Of a stretch of DNA of 54,338 nt, positions 13,256 through 26,034 are shown piece by piece. The notes under the pieces are model-generated. The model worked only from the letters and a program-made list of their open reading frames with translations. It had not been told where the DNA came from and made no database searches. A program made the position numbers and the translations under genes. Location: contig NC_068998.1 of NCBI RefSeq assembly GCF_001194135.2, forward strand, positions 27,706,084 through 27,760,421, read 5' to 3'. Position 1 is the first letter of the stretch; each line of letters starts with the position of its first letter. Origin of the DNA: Octopus bimaculoides (Eukaryota).

Positions 13256-13588
13256 TATATATNNNNNNNNNNNNNNNNNNNNNNNNNNNNNNNNNNNNNN
13301 NNNNNNNNNNNNNNNNNNNNNNNNNNNNNNNNNNNNNNNNNNNNNNNNNNNNNNNNNNNNNNNNNNNNNNNNNNNNNNNNNNNNNNNNNNNNNNNNNNNN
13401 NNNNNNNNNNNNNNNNNNNNNNNNNNNNNNNNNNNNNNNNNNNNNNNNNNNNNNNNNNNNNNNNNNNNNNNNNNNNNNNNNNNNNNNNNNNNNNNNNNNN
13501 NNNNNNNNNNNNNNNNNNNNNNNNNNNNNNNNNNNNNNNNNNNNNNNNNNNNNNNNNNNNNNNNNNNNNNNNNNNNNNNNNNNNNNNN

Positions 13589-13622
<34 letters not shown>

Positions 13623-13639
13623 TGTATGTATGTATGTAT

Positions 13640-13840
13640 GTGTGTGTGTCTCTCTCAGCCATTGCTTGATAACCGATGTTGGTGTGTTTACGTCCTTGTT
13701 CGGCAAAAGACCACCAATAGAATAACTACTAGGCTTACAAAGAATAAGTTCCGGGGTCGATTTGTTCGATTAAAGACGGTGGTCCAGCATGGCCGTAGTC
13801 AAATGACTGAAACAAGTAAAAGAGCAAAGAGTAAGAGCAT
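13640..13840 (+). mobile_element. SINE family A 3' half
   Basis: Same body and tail as 2900-3115. Confidence 0.9.
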
Positions 13841-13846
13841 ATGTAA

Positions 13847-13877
<31 letters not shown>

Positions 13878-14094
13878 TGTATGTATGAATGTGTGTGCAT
13901 GTGTGTGTGTATACACACACATACGCACACGCATACGTGCAAACATACATACATACACACATACATACACATATACACACACACACACTCACACACATAC
14001 ATACACATGTCTCTGTCCAATATCTTAACGAATTGATATATGTTTGTGTATATTTATGAGTGAAAAATTAATATTGGATTGAAAAATAGGAAGA

Positions 14095-14640
14095 ATTTCC
14101 TAGACTTGACAAACTTCCAGTAAAGATCTTGAAAGAGGATGCTTACATCTACACTTGAACCTTTTATTTCTTTCGCAGAAGCATGGAACCAGATTTGAAG
14201 TTGGAAAGTTGCTAACATCGTCATCCTCTACAAAAACAAAGGAAACAAATCTCTTTACTCCAACCGCAGGAGTATTGCACTCTTGTCCATTCTAGGAAAG
14301 GTCCTTACCAAAATTATTCTCAGAAGACTGGTCCAAAGCAAATCGAAATGTCACACCAGAGTCACAGGGCAACTTTCGAAGGGACCAGGCATGATCTTTG
14401 TTACAAAGTAGCGTTGGGAAATGCAAGCAGTGACATCCATTGGATTTGATAAAGGTGTTTGGCACTGCAAACGGTGATCTTTTGTGAGATGCTCTCAGAA
14501 AGTTTCGCTGCCCTGCCAAATTCTCTAACGTTCTGTCATGTCCATACAAGATGGTTTGAGCTTTTGGAGAGCAGAAATGTGAGCCTTTCAGAGTAGAAAT
14601 GAAAGTTAGACATGTTACTTTACTGTTTAATATATCTGTT
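14095..14640 (+). mobile_element. RTE-clade LINE reverse transcriptase fragment, degenerate
   Basis: WKVANIVILYKNKGNKS..NRRSIALLSILGKVLTKIILRRL, PESQGNFR, DLIKVFGT, ALRKFRCPAKF. Confidence 0.85.
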
Positions 14641-14873
14641 ACCTGTATGACCATACGGTACGCAAAAAATGGAAAAAGGCGCAAGACTTGGTCTTACTTT
14701 TCGACACAACGGCAACCTTCTCAACAAGAGAAGGCTGTGTGTATCTGTATGTATCCTTTGGAAAGCGCAAAAAGATAATCTTTCTGAAAATCCACCTCAG
14801 CCTCACTACTAATATCTAGTATATGTAGATCTCTGTCTTTCTATCCTCCTGTATGGAGTACGGATAAAAACAG

Positions 14874-15044
14874 CAGGCCCGTCGCCAGACTTCGGTGCTC
14901 AGGGGTGCTTCAGAATATTCTGTGTGGGCACTAATTTGTAATAATGCTGAAGTGGAGTGTCGAAATAAGTACTTCACGGTAAATCTGAGGGTGCACGATT
15001 GAGTTGTGAGGGGAAGTGCAGTCCAGTGGACCCCCTTAGCGACG
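14874..15044. mobile_element. Short MITE-like element with GC-rich termini, 3' end degraded
   Basis: Starts CAGGCCCGTCGCCAG; ends CCCCCTTAGCGACG, a partial reverse complement of the start; no TSD seen. Confidence 0.5.
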
Positions 15045-15099
15045 TATTCAGCATCCATATGGCCAAATAACTCCAACTTTGTCTCATCAGAGGTCATCT

Positions 15100-15935
15100 G
15101 AAGCAAGATCCCAGCTTTTGGTCAACCATCCTGTGGTCTAATGAGACGAAGCTGGAGTTATTTGGCCATATGGATACTGATTAGGTCTGGAGGAAGAAAG
15201 GAGAAGCATACAAGCTGAAGAACTCTGTGCCCACCGTCAAGCATGGTGGTGGAAACATAATGCTACGGGATGCTTCTCTTCAAGTGGCACAGGGAACCAT
15301 GGCAAAATCCAAGGAATCATGAGAAAGGATTCTTGATGAAAATGTGAAGGAATCTGTTGAGAAACTCCAACTCGGCCACACTTGGAAGTACCAGTAGGAC
15401 AATGATCCGAAACATACCGTCAAGGTAGTGAAGAAATGGTTCAAGGACAATGATGTCAACGTCCTAGAATGACCAAGTCAGAGTCCAGACCTGAATCCGA
15501 TCGAGAACTTGTAGTGAGACTTGAAGACCAGAATGATGGCTAGGAAACCGACCAACCTGACCCAGCTCGAGGGTTTTGTCAAGGAAGAGTGGGCCAATAT
15601 CCCACAGGAGACATGCAGGAAGCTTGTGCAAACATACAAGAATCGACGAGAAGCAGTCATTAAAAAAAAACAAAGGCTATGCTCTTGACTATTAAAGGAG
15701 ATAGTGGACTAAGTAAACTTATAGTATGAATAATTTCGAACATGGCATTTTTTGAAAATCCATGTAGAAAATACTCTTGAAATGAAGAATTTCTTGAATT
15801 GTGTATTGTTGTTATTCTTTCACTTGTTGGTCACATGTAGCTCATAAACAAACTTGACAAAATGCATTCATTTCATTACAAAAATAAAAAAATCACAAAA
15901 CTTAACGAGGGTATGAATAATTTTGAGGACGACTG
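15100..15935 (+). mobile_element. 5'-truncated Tc1 (DD34E) element with IR/DR-type 3' terminus
   Basis: WSNETKLELFG, VWRKKGEAY..PTVKHGGGNIM, Q*DNDPKHT, PSQSPDLNPIENL, EEWANIP; direct-repeat motif GTATGAATAATTT at 15724 and 15911; ends GACGACTG followed by TA (15936-15937). Confidence 0.92.
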
Positions 15936-15984
<49 letters not shown>

Positions 15985-16480
15985 GTCTGTTTATCTATTT
16001 ATCTATCTAACACATACACACACATGCATACACGTATATAAATGAACGAATGAATCTGCGAATATGTGTGCATGTGTATGCATGAATGCGCATAACTGTT
16101 AAGGCATTGTATGTTCCTGTGCGGTAGAGGGAATGCGCGCGCTTGCGTGTATGTATATGATGTACGTACAAGAGGGGTGCATCTGTATACGCACGCGCGC
16201 ACACACATACACACAGATATATATATATATATATATGCACACACATATAGGCGATCATGCATGAGTGTCAACGGCCATATGTCTACAGATGCATATATGC
16301 GTGCACGTGCTTTGTTCTGCTCGTGTCAGATCACGCACATGCGTGCGTATAAACATGTACCTCTGTGTTCTTCTGTCTGTTCATGTGCATATGCATGTGA
16401 ATATATGTATATATGTATATATGAATGTATGCAGGTAAATATTCTTTGTTTATTTTTGTGCCTCTGTGTACACACATAAT

Positions 16481-16518
<38 letters not shown>

Positions 16519-16528
16519 NNNNNNNNNN

Positions 16529-16562
<34 letters not shown>

Positions 16563-16674
16563 TTATACATACATATGTTTACACATTATCTACACACATA
16601 CACACATATATATATACACGTACATACATGTATGTGTGTGTATGTATATATATATGTTTACACATTATCTACAT

Positions 16675-16741
<67 letters not shown>

Positions 16742-17033
16742 NNNNNNNNNNNNNNNNNNNNNNNNNNNNNNNNNNNNNNNNNNNNNNNNNNNNNNNNNNN
16801 NNNNNNNNNNNNNNNNNNNNNNNNNNNNNNNNNNNNNNNNNNNNNNNNNNNNNNNNNNNNNNNNNNNNNNNNNNNNNNNNNNNNNNNNNNNNNNNNNNNN
16901 NNNNNNNNNNNNNNNNNNNNNNNNNNNNNNNNNNNNNNNNNNNNNNNNNNNNNNNNNNNNNNNNNNNNNNNNNNNNNNNNNNNNNNNNNNNNNNNATATA
17001 CATATATGTATGTACATGTATATATATCTACAT

Positions 17034-17071
<38 letters not shown>

Positions 17072-17508
17072 ACACACAAACACACACACAAACACACACA
17101 CAAACACACACACAAACACACATATATACGTATATATATTCGTGTGTTTATTTGTGCTTCACATTGTGTATATGTGGTTGTTTGTATGAGGTCACATGCA
17201 GATTTGAATATATATTTTATGTGTAGCAGTGTGTAGTCGAGTGTATGTATGTGCTCCAAGCTGGTAGTATAATGGTTCGTTTATGACCGTGTTGATCCTG
17301 TATAAGTGATACAGTTTTTCTTCAAGCTGCCCAGTTTCATCTTTTACTAACAGTTGGTGGAACAGACTTGCTGAAATCACGTTACACATCGCTGGTGACA
17401 GTCATCCGTTAGTGCAACAATCATTAATCAAGCGTGACATTGCCGTCCCCCACTCCGCACCGATTTAAAAGTGTTTATACTTGCACGCGCGCACGCACAG
17501 TCACACAT

Positions 17509-17512
<4 letters not shown>

Positions 17513-17598
<86 letters not shown>
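17513..17598 (+). repeat. (AC)n microsatellite
   Basis: Direct reading. Confidence 0.95.
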
Positions 17599-17600
<2 letters not shown>

Positions 17601-17834
17601 TGGTACTTGAATGAGTAAAAGCTTATTTGAGACCAGTATGTTAATTGTTCGATGTGGTTGTTACATTATCTACGTGATACTGAGATAAAGGACTAAACTC
17701 AATACATTTTGTCTCATCCATCCATCCATCCATCCATACATACATACATACACGCACACACAACACACATATATGCATATATATTTATGTATGTATGCAT
17801 ATATATATACACACACATACGTATAGTGTTGCGC

Positions 17835-17895
<61 letters not shown>

Positions 17896-18062
17896 CATAT
17901 ACATATATACACATAAATACATGCATGCATATATGCATTACATACATGCATATATGCATACATATACATAATTATACACACACACACATGTCTGTGCATA
18001 CATACACGCATTCTCCGTTAGTTGCGGCGATGAGTGTTCCAGTTGATCCGATAGCAGAAAAG

Positions 18063-18116
<54 letters not shown>

Positions 18117-18149
18117 TGGTGGTTATTTAGTAGAATTGTTTGATTCGGT

Positions 18150-18300
18150 CAAACAAGTGACATTGAAATCCTGCCATGGTCAACTTTGCCTCTCATCTCA
18201 CAGCGGCCGATAAAATAAAGTACCAGTCAAGTACTTGGGTCGATGGTGCCAATGAAACTCCATACCTTGAAAACTTGTTAGCCTTGTGTCTAAATTAGAA
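18150..18300 (+). mobile_element. SINE family B-like body and tail
   Basis: AAATCCTGCCATGGTCAACTTTGCCTCTCATC..GATAAAATAAAGTACCAGTCAAGTACT..GCCTTGTGTCTAAATTAGAA. Confidence 0.8.
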
Positions 18301-18429
18301 CGCACGACCCCCATCATCTTGCTTTTCAACAATTTTATGCGACTTATATTTTCAATTGCCGGTAACGCTGTGTTCTTATATGGTTTGTATGTTTTTATTC
18401 ATACCTGCTTTTTCCTCATACCAGTACTC

Positions 18430-18636
18430 CAGTGGTTCTCAACCATTTTTTGCTCATGGATCTCTTTGATTCCTATTTTAAACCATTAGATGCTTTAAAA
18501 AAATCCTATTATAGTTTTATAGTTAAATATTATTAGGAATTGCATATAAAAGTTGTTAAAATACTTTGTGTATACCCAGTTTATTGAACATAAATTTGAA
18601 CCATAAAATTATATGGACCCTGGTTGAGAACCACTG
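18430..18636. mobile_element. hAT/Charlie-type MITE, 207 bp
   Basis: Perfect 16-bp TIR CAGTGGTTCTCAACCA / TGGTTGAGAACCACTG; flanking 8-mers (CAGTACTC, GTTTAAAG) do not match, so no TSD. Confidence 0.85.
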
Positions 18637-19429
18637 GTTTAAAGGAAGGGCACTGGCTGAGCTCATACGCCATTTTCGGTACTGTGACTGAATGTGTTCT
18701 GGTAACTAAGGCTCGTTGGTTTTGTTACTGCTTTGACTGTCTTCTATCGCATTACCCACTTCTTCTTTGCTTTGCAAGCCCTTCCAGTTCTGCAAGGCAG
18801 GAGGCTGAAGAACTTAAAAGAACTAATTGTTATACATACGGCTTTTATTACTGCATGTATTACAACTAGGCCTTTAGCTTATCACCATCAGTTCTCTGTC
18901 CTTTGTCTTGGCGTCCCCTTTTGGATGCAGCTCTTGTATGGTCTTGGCCCTCAGTTGCATCTTGTCACCCTTGCGCTTATCACTCAGCCAATCTTCGATA
19001 CAAAAGTACTAACAAACCACAGATCAATATCGTTACCAATGATCTTGACCGTCATCTTTGTATCTTTCTCCTAAATACTAAGGCAGGAGTATATGGATGG
19101 AGGTATATTTAACTATTTCAGTCTGTGTTTCAGTTCTGAAAATATGTTAGTCTTATAAGCTTTGTCACATTTAGTCGAGAGAATTTTTCCTGATATTTCG
19201 TGGAGTATAAAGAATGTGGAGGCACCCAGCAGCAAAAGGGAAAGATGTACTTGTTGGCATCGGTGCATTGTGTTGAAACCCCCGCTAAATAATCATATTT
19301 GTTGGGCATCAAGACAAACATGCGTGTGTTTCGAAATTCCACTCTACATATTCTTAGAAAGATACTTTCTCTCTAAAAGCCTTTTGTTAAGGTTAAGCCA
19401 ACGCATCAAGGTGTGATAGCTAACTTCAA

Positions 19430-20197
19430 GTTATATATGAGAAGAACTTTTAAACAACTTATGAAAGCAATTGACAAGAAGGATAAGCGTTACAGTTAGA
19501 CATTTCTGGAAGAAATTCAACATAATGGATGTTGTGGATAATATAGGTAAGTCATGGAGTGACTTTGGATAATGGCTGGAAAAGTATATGACCAGACTGT
19601 AATTATTCATAAAAGGTTGACACTTGTAGGGGAAGATCTGCAGGGGTTTAACTGATCCTAACCATAAGCGTAACACAAAAATTACAAGAGGAGTTTACAA
19701 GGGGCTTAGTGCCTATATTGAACTGTACAAAGAGATGGTGCATCATAAACAACAGACAACTTTGGATAAGTTTTTCCCCCTTCAAGCTGATGTTGGTGAT
19801 AATGAACTATAAAATAGTAAATATTCTCCCTCATCCTCCAAGTAATGCTCATTCCGCCACAACATCTCACACAGTAGTCAACATCTTTTCTGGTAAGAAC
19901 ACACTCTTACGATATTACAATTCTTATTAATTCCCTAATTTATTCCTCTAGAAATGTTTTTGGGTTTTTATGTATCTATATTGTACCGTGTATGTTTAAA
20001 AATTGTTATTTTTCATGTAGAAAGGTGACCGTGTTGTTTGTTATTTTCTTGTGCTTCATTTTTATTTCTTTTCGAAAAAGTTCGTAGGAACAGAAACTCA
20101 CTTAAGAATCGATAGGAAAATTAATTTTGCATCACAGAATTTCGCGTTACGGTCAGATTTCAGGAACGCATTACTTCCATAAAACGAGAGATTACTG
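19430..20197 (+). mobile_element. Tigger-like (pogo) transposon 3' portion
   Basis: YMRRTFKQLMKAID, VRHFWKKFNIMDVVDNIGKSW, GLSAYIELYKE..QQTTLDKFF; terminus CGAGAGATTACTG followed by TA. Confidence 0.75.
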
Positions 20198-20552
20198 TAA
20201 CAACAACAACAACAACAACAGCAACAATTTTCCTATTTTAATGATGATTTCTGAAAATAATTATAATAAATAGTTTAAGTAAAATCGATATCTGAATGTC
20301 ATTTATGGTCGAAAAGGAACAACAGTTCCACAAAATCCTAGAGAAGGTTTTAAGCTACTCAACTCGGTGACAAAGCAGATCTAGAGATATCGGTTAGAAT
20401 CATTAAAAGAATCACAAAGAAGAATGTCCTGTTGAGCAGACAAGCAAATGATGTAAGTTTATTCCTTACAAAAGGAAACAGCGGCAAAGATGTGATTATG
20501 AATGAAATATTTAAGGAAAGAAAGGTTAGAGTGAAATGTCAAATAGTAAAAT

Positions 20553-20560
20553 AAAAGCGT

Positions 20561-20634
<74 letters not shown>
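20553..20634 (+). repeat. (AG)n microsatellite
   Basis: Direct reading. Confidence 0.95.
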
Positions 20635-20636
<2 letters not shown>

Positions 20637-21244
20637 TAGAAAAATACTATTCTATTAAAAGAGAGGCAGAGGATGTAATGTTCAGCGTTGGGCAAAAGGT
20701 GAAATTTAGGGAACAATCAGAATGAATGGGAAAAGAAAAAAATCTTTTATGAAAGGAAATGTATTTACTCAGCGATTATACGGCTCGAGAAGAATATAAG
20801 GAAAAGAAAAAGGGAAAGTTATGCGTGTAATTGGAAAGATCAATGACGAATACACAAAATAGACAAAAATTGTTGACTAAAGAAGAAGAGGAAGGAAAAG
20901 TGAAGAAAAATGTAGGTGTTTCATGGCAGTGGAGGTGAGGTTCGTGGGTGAAAGTTGGTGGAGAAGGATCTAAAAGGGGAAAACAGGTAATTAAAAGAAA
21001 TATTGCTAAAACAAAACTGACTGAAACCAGCAAGATAAATTCATATTTGATGCGTAGCAAAATAGAACGTCAGCCATATTGTGAGTGGATGTAGTATGAT
21101 GGCACGACAAAGGAAGGCAGGATTGTAAGGAAAAAGATACACACATGGAAGTTTGTAGGAAGTTTACATTTCAAATAGATTTAAAATGGTACCTCCAGCA
21201 TGACCACAGCCCAATGACTGAAACTAGTAAAGGGGTAAAGGTAT

Positions 21245-21500
21245 ACCCGGACCGAAGCTGTTATTGATAATTACAATTATAAGATTACATGGGATTTCAT
21301 TGTACATTTTAATAATATTATAGAGACGCAGAAGCTAGATATGGTTATTCTAGAAAAAAGCTAAGTAGGTAAAATCACAGATTTTACTGTATCCTATGTT
21401 TGTAGAATAGACTCAAAAAAGATTACAAAGTATCTGAAATTGGCCAGAGATGTGAGAAATGCCTGAGTAATGTCAATGAAAGTTATCTTTTTTGTTATAA
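21245..21500 (+). mobile_element. R4/Dong-like LINE restriction-like endonuclease fragment, strongly degenerate
   Basis: PEAVIDNYNYKITWDF..IETQKLDMVIL..ITDFTV..KITKYLKLARDV is homologous to the better copy at 26829. Confidence 0.65.
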
Positions 21501-21664
21501 AAACACTGAAAACAACGCCAAAACATGTTCAAGAGACTGAGAAACTTTGTAATTAAGATTCCAATGAATGGAGTAGCAGAAAATCTATCTTCTGCAAGAA
21601 TTTTCCCCAAATCATTGACAATTGTAGAAACATGCTAGCAATTCTCAAAACATAACGATATTTG

Positions 21665-21815
21665 TGTATATTGACTTAGTTATTGCAATGGCAACTTAAT
21701 AATAAAAACAGATGAAAGAAGGAAATAGAAGAACATTCCAAGGACTCTTCACCTCTCCACTCGTTTTCTGTCAGGCGTCAACACCTTTAATCTATATGTT
21801 AAACAAAGCCAATGA
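21665..21815 (+). mobile_element. R4/Dong-like RT fragment, degenerate
   Basis: RRTFQG..SPLVFCQASTPLIYMLNK resembles the RGIFQGDSLSPLLF RT motif. Confidence 0.5.
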
Positions 21816-22084
21816 GGAAACTACTATGGGGTGCCATTCGAACGGTTAGAAATAGTTGCCAAGTCTCTCTCAAATCATATCCTATTTAAATTAAAGAGGC
21901 ATACACTGGAGAATGTGGAACTGAGTTCCTGTATACTGGAAAAAGACGAGTTGGTTACGTCTGGAATGTTCTTGATCAGAGGACCGCTCGAGCAGAGTTG
22001 AATTAAAGATAAACAAATACAACATTGGCAGTAGTAACAATCGTCGTCCTGGAAATCCTTCGAGGTCAAAGATGATGGTCTTTC

Positions 22085-23480
22085 TTTTTTTATTTATTGC
22101 TATTGATGGATTCTGACGTTCCTTCCAAAGTGGGACAGATGATTCCGGATGGAAGGTGTCCGCTTAGTTGTTCTTGTATATCTTCTCTGCGCGTCCTCTT
22201 TTCTTCTTGTTTGGCAGTCCTACTAGTCTGAAAAGTTGTTAGTCTCTCTTTGATGATGGATCTCCAGCATTTTCGATCCTGAGCATTTCTCTCCCAGATC
22301 TCGGTGTCAATATTATATTTCTTGAAGTTGGCTTTCAGGACATCTTTGAATCTTCTTTTGGCTCTTCTCTTCGTTTTCCTTCTTTTAGTTGGGAATAGAG
22401 TAGCTGCTTTGGTAGACTGTTGTTTTTCATCCGGACAACATGACCTGTCCATCTCAGCTATTTCTGGATGATGATAGCTTCAATGTAGGTCGTGTTGGCC
22501 TCTTCCAACACGCTGACAATTCTCCTTCTTTCTTCCCAGCTGATGTTGAGAATACTTCAAAAGCAATGTTGGTGGTACCTTTCAGGAGTTTTTATGTGTC
22601 TCTTGTACGTAGTCCAGGTCTCGGATGCATAGAAGAGCGTGAGGATAACCACTGCCTCGCATGCCGCCATTTTTGGTTCGAATGTCTCGATCTTGGAACA
22701 CTCTCATTCAGAGACGGTCAAAGGTAGGGCCAGCGCTTTAGAAAATGATTCGCACTTTCTAAGACTCTACCCTCGATTCCAATGGCTGGTTGCGCACTGT
22801 TTGCCTCGACTGGTGATAGTTGGAAGGTGACTTATGTCTTCTTGCAATTGACGGTGAGTCCCAGTTCCCCGGACCTTGATGAAACCATTGAGGATCTGTT
22901 GCAAATTTTCTTCGGATAGTGCTGCAATGCAGTTGTCGTCCGCATATTGAAACTCGATTATGGAGCATGTCGAGATTTTTGTTTTTGGACCTCAGTCGGT
23001 CAAGATTGGAAACCTTGCCATCAGTTCAATAAATAATTTCAATTCTCGGCGGGAGATACTCCTTCATGATTTCAATGATGGTAACAATGAAGACGGTGAA
23101 AAGCGTGGGGGCTATGACGCCGCCTTGATCTTACTTGAAATGGTTCAGTATCACTGTTGTTGACGAGAACCCTCGCACGCATATTGTCATGGAAAAACCA
23201 AAGGATTCGCATGTATTTATCAGGCATCCTTAGATGGATAAGATATCCTGCAGGATTTCTCTCGAAACTGAGTCAATAAGTTCTATGTACAAATGTTGAA
23301 GTTGTTCACGGCACTTCTCTTGCAGTTGTCGTTCGCAAAAATCATACATATCTTTCGTTTCGTGTGATGCTCTGGAATCAGCTTGCGTCTCTGGAAATAT
23401 CTTCTCAGCGATTGGTGTCAGTCTCTTCAAAATAATTGCCAGGATCTTTCCTGCTGTTACTAACAAGGGAATTCCCCGAA
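22085..23480 (-). mobile_element. RTE/BovB-like LINE, RT through C-terminus, degenerate
   Basis: GNFRGIPLLVTAGKILAIIL, RQLQEKCREQ, EFQYADDNCIAA (YADD at 22935-22946), LRWTGHVVRM, RRFKDVLKANFK..WERNAQDRKCWRS. Confidence 0.92.
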
Positions 23481-24100
23481 AGTTTCCACAATATATATGT
23501 AAAGACTGTTTTAGCATCAATTTATTACATACAACGTTGGCATCCATAGGTATATTCTGAAGTACTGGTAATGTACAATACATCATTCTGGCTCTCTGTA
23601 ATGTACATCACCATGATTTTCAATAAGCTACTATTTTCTGTCAACTTTCATTAAGCTTTACATCATTATGGTTTTCAGTGCATTGTGTAAACTGCACAAC
23701 TTTATGATTTCAGTAAATGAATTTATTCTTCCCCCAATAGCACCCAAACATAATATAGCTTCCAAACATAAGTTTCTTAATATAGCGTCCATATTGATAT
23801 GGACGCCATTCAACATATATTTGTTCTATCGCTTTCCATTGACCTCCTGCAAAACTTCATTCTCTTTCTATTAACCCCCATCTCTAATTACTGACCTCCT
23901 ACATATATTAGATTCCTTGCTGTTTCTACAGACGTCAGTTCCTTCTCTCTGTAGTTCCCTCCACTATAAAGTAGTTCCTCTACAACAGACTGATCATCTC
24001 CAACGCAAAATGGTTACTCTGTTCCCGACTAATAATATTCTTCGTTTTACGTCGGAGTTGTTCATAGCAGTTAATAAAACAGGAGGTACAGTGAAGTCAA

Positions 24101-24480
24101 TCTCTATCTAATATAATAAATGCGAATGTCAGTGTGTCAATGTGTCACACTTTTTCAACTTTATTCCTAGAGACCATAGCCCAACATATAACATTTTGGA
24201 ATCAGGCCGACTCCGTGAGTACCGGACCGAATCCAGACCCACAATCCTGAAATTCTGGATTCCCAAGTTTTCATTACTGCGATTGTTTTCTGCGATTTTT
24301 TTTACGTGATTTTTGTGACGAATTTTTTTGTACGATAACAATTTTTATAACTTGGAAATAAATTTTGGGAATAATCGAAATGAATTGCGAAATCCAGCGA
24401 TTATTTTGGGTTATTTTTTTTACTTGAGTTTTTTGCGACGAATATGATCATCATTGAGATATGACTCTGGAGGAAGCAAT
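24101..24480 (+). mobile_element. Possible non-autonomous Helitron-like element, 5' portion
   Basis: A|TCTCTATCTAATATATAAATGCGAATGT resembles Helitron 5' termini; no hairpin+CTRR 3' end found. Confidence 0.4.
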
Positions 24481-25560
24481 TGTAACAAATTCTCCAAAAC
24501 AAGTCAGAGATCGGGTGGCTTTTAAGATGGTATTATATAAATGTACGAGATCGCCGAAAGAGACACGAACATCATGCAATCTCATTTGCTTTTAGAGAAA
24601 AGAAGAAAAGTCAGAGAAGAAAACAAAAGAAGAAATCAGTTACTAATAATCAACAAAATGGGATGGAAGTTTGGTAATATCATACGATATGTATTTATAT
24701 CAGGTCACATTGGTGACTTTATTGTATTTAAACGCAATAATTTTATTTCACAGTCTGTCCATAATAAACATAGAGTGACGGTCGCTGATTTTCTGCTGTC
24801 ATTGAATTATTTGTGTGGTTCGTTTAATTATTTAGCTGCTCATCAATTACTAATTCATTCATGTCCAAACACACGTATAGCACACATTGATTGATTATTA
24901 AACATTAATCATCTCACTTTTCACCTTATTACATTAAAACTCATTAAATACCCTTAATATTTTATTTACCACAGTACCTCTGCTTTAATTCGGATCATAT
25001 GCTCTATAATAAATACTTTTGCACGATTTTCACTTACATTGTTTGAGTTTTGTATCCTGTTCCCATCGTTTATTCTTCAATATTTGAATGTGTCATGCTC
25101 ACAAAGGTAGTGCTAAGGGCGTTGGCAAAGAACAGAAGGTATTTGAAAAACTAAAATATATAGTTTTTACAGTGACTGTACAATATTACCTTCAAAGTTG
25201 TTACATATAATTTTATATGTTTTTTTTATGTATAGTTTTATATATTGTTTTATATCTAGTTTTCAGCATTACGTCAAAAAAGCGAGCGTGCTTAAGAAAA
25301 AGCTACATTCTATAGTCTATGACAAAGTAATGCTTTATTAATCTTCGTCAGTTAATAGAGGTAATGAAAGCATCTCTGGAAATAAAATCAATCTTAAAAA
25401 ATATTAAATTACACGAAACAACTGGTGCATGTACACGCGCGCGCGCACACACATACACACATACACACATACGCAGATATATGTATGTACATGTGTGTGT
25501 GTATGTGTGTGTATAATTAATGAGGGAGACAGAAGATGGAAGATACGAGAATCTTTATTG

Positions 25561-25666
25561 ATCGCTACAATCGTTTTGACCTATCTAGCATCGATTCCTT
25601 GTGGGTGGGATACTGTACAACTAGTTTGGGTGTATCTCTCGGTGTAGATGTGTCTCCTCAAGTGAT
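25561..25666 (-). ncRNA. Type I hammerhead ribozyme motif, core-mutated and probably inactive
   Basis: Minus strand ATCAC-TTGAGGA-GACACATCTA..TAGATAGGTC-AAAAC-GATT-GTA-GCGAT; C3 and G12 substituted. Confidence 0.65.
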
Positions 25667-25928
25667 TTCAAGAGGTACCTCGTTAAAATAAACTCTGTTT
25701 CATACAACTTATTACTGCATGTTTTCTTCTTGGTCTTCGTAGATAAAAATAGCAAATTAAGAGATTGTGTATTTATTTCTTTTTTTGTGTCTGATCTTTG
25801 TTATTGATCTTCTATAAGAATGAAGTAGTGTCCCTTAATTTGCCATTTCTATCTACGAAGACGAAGAAGAAGACATGGAGTAATAAGCTGTGCGAAACAG
25901 AGTCTATTTTATCGAAATACCCTTTGAA

Positions 25929-26034
25929 ATCCCCTGAAGAGACATATCTACACCGAGAGATACACCTAAACCAGTTGTGCACTATCCGACCCGCAAGGGA
26001 TCAATGCTAGATGGGTCGAAACGATTGTAGTGAT
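25929..26034 (+). ncRNA. Type I hammerhead ribozyme motif, intact core
   Basis: Stem I ATCCC/GTGAT (4 of 5 pairs); CTGAAGA 25934-25940; stem II GACATATCTA/TAGATGGGTC; GAAAC 26018-26022; GATT loop; GTA cleavage triplet 26027-26029. Confidence 0.75.

Noticed and set aside
17192-17389. Minus-strand ORF SLFHQLLVKDETGQLEEKLYHLY as an exon
   Set aside because: Acceptor is plausible, but there is no credible donor and no recognisable homology
18880-19000. Minus-strand EDWLSDKRKGDKMQLRAKTIQEL as a transposase HTH
   Set aside because: Too short, bounded by stops, and opposite in strand to the nearby Tigger remnant
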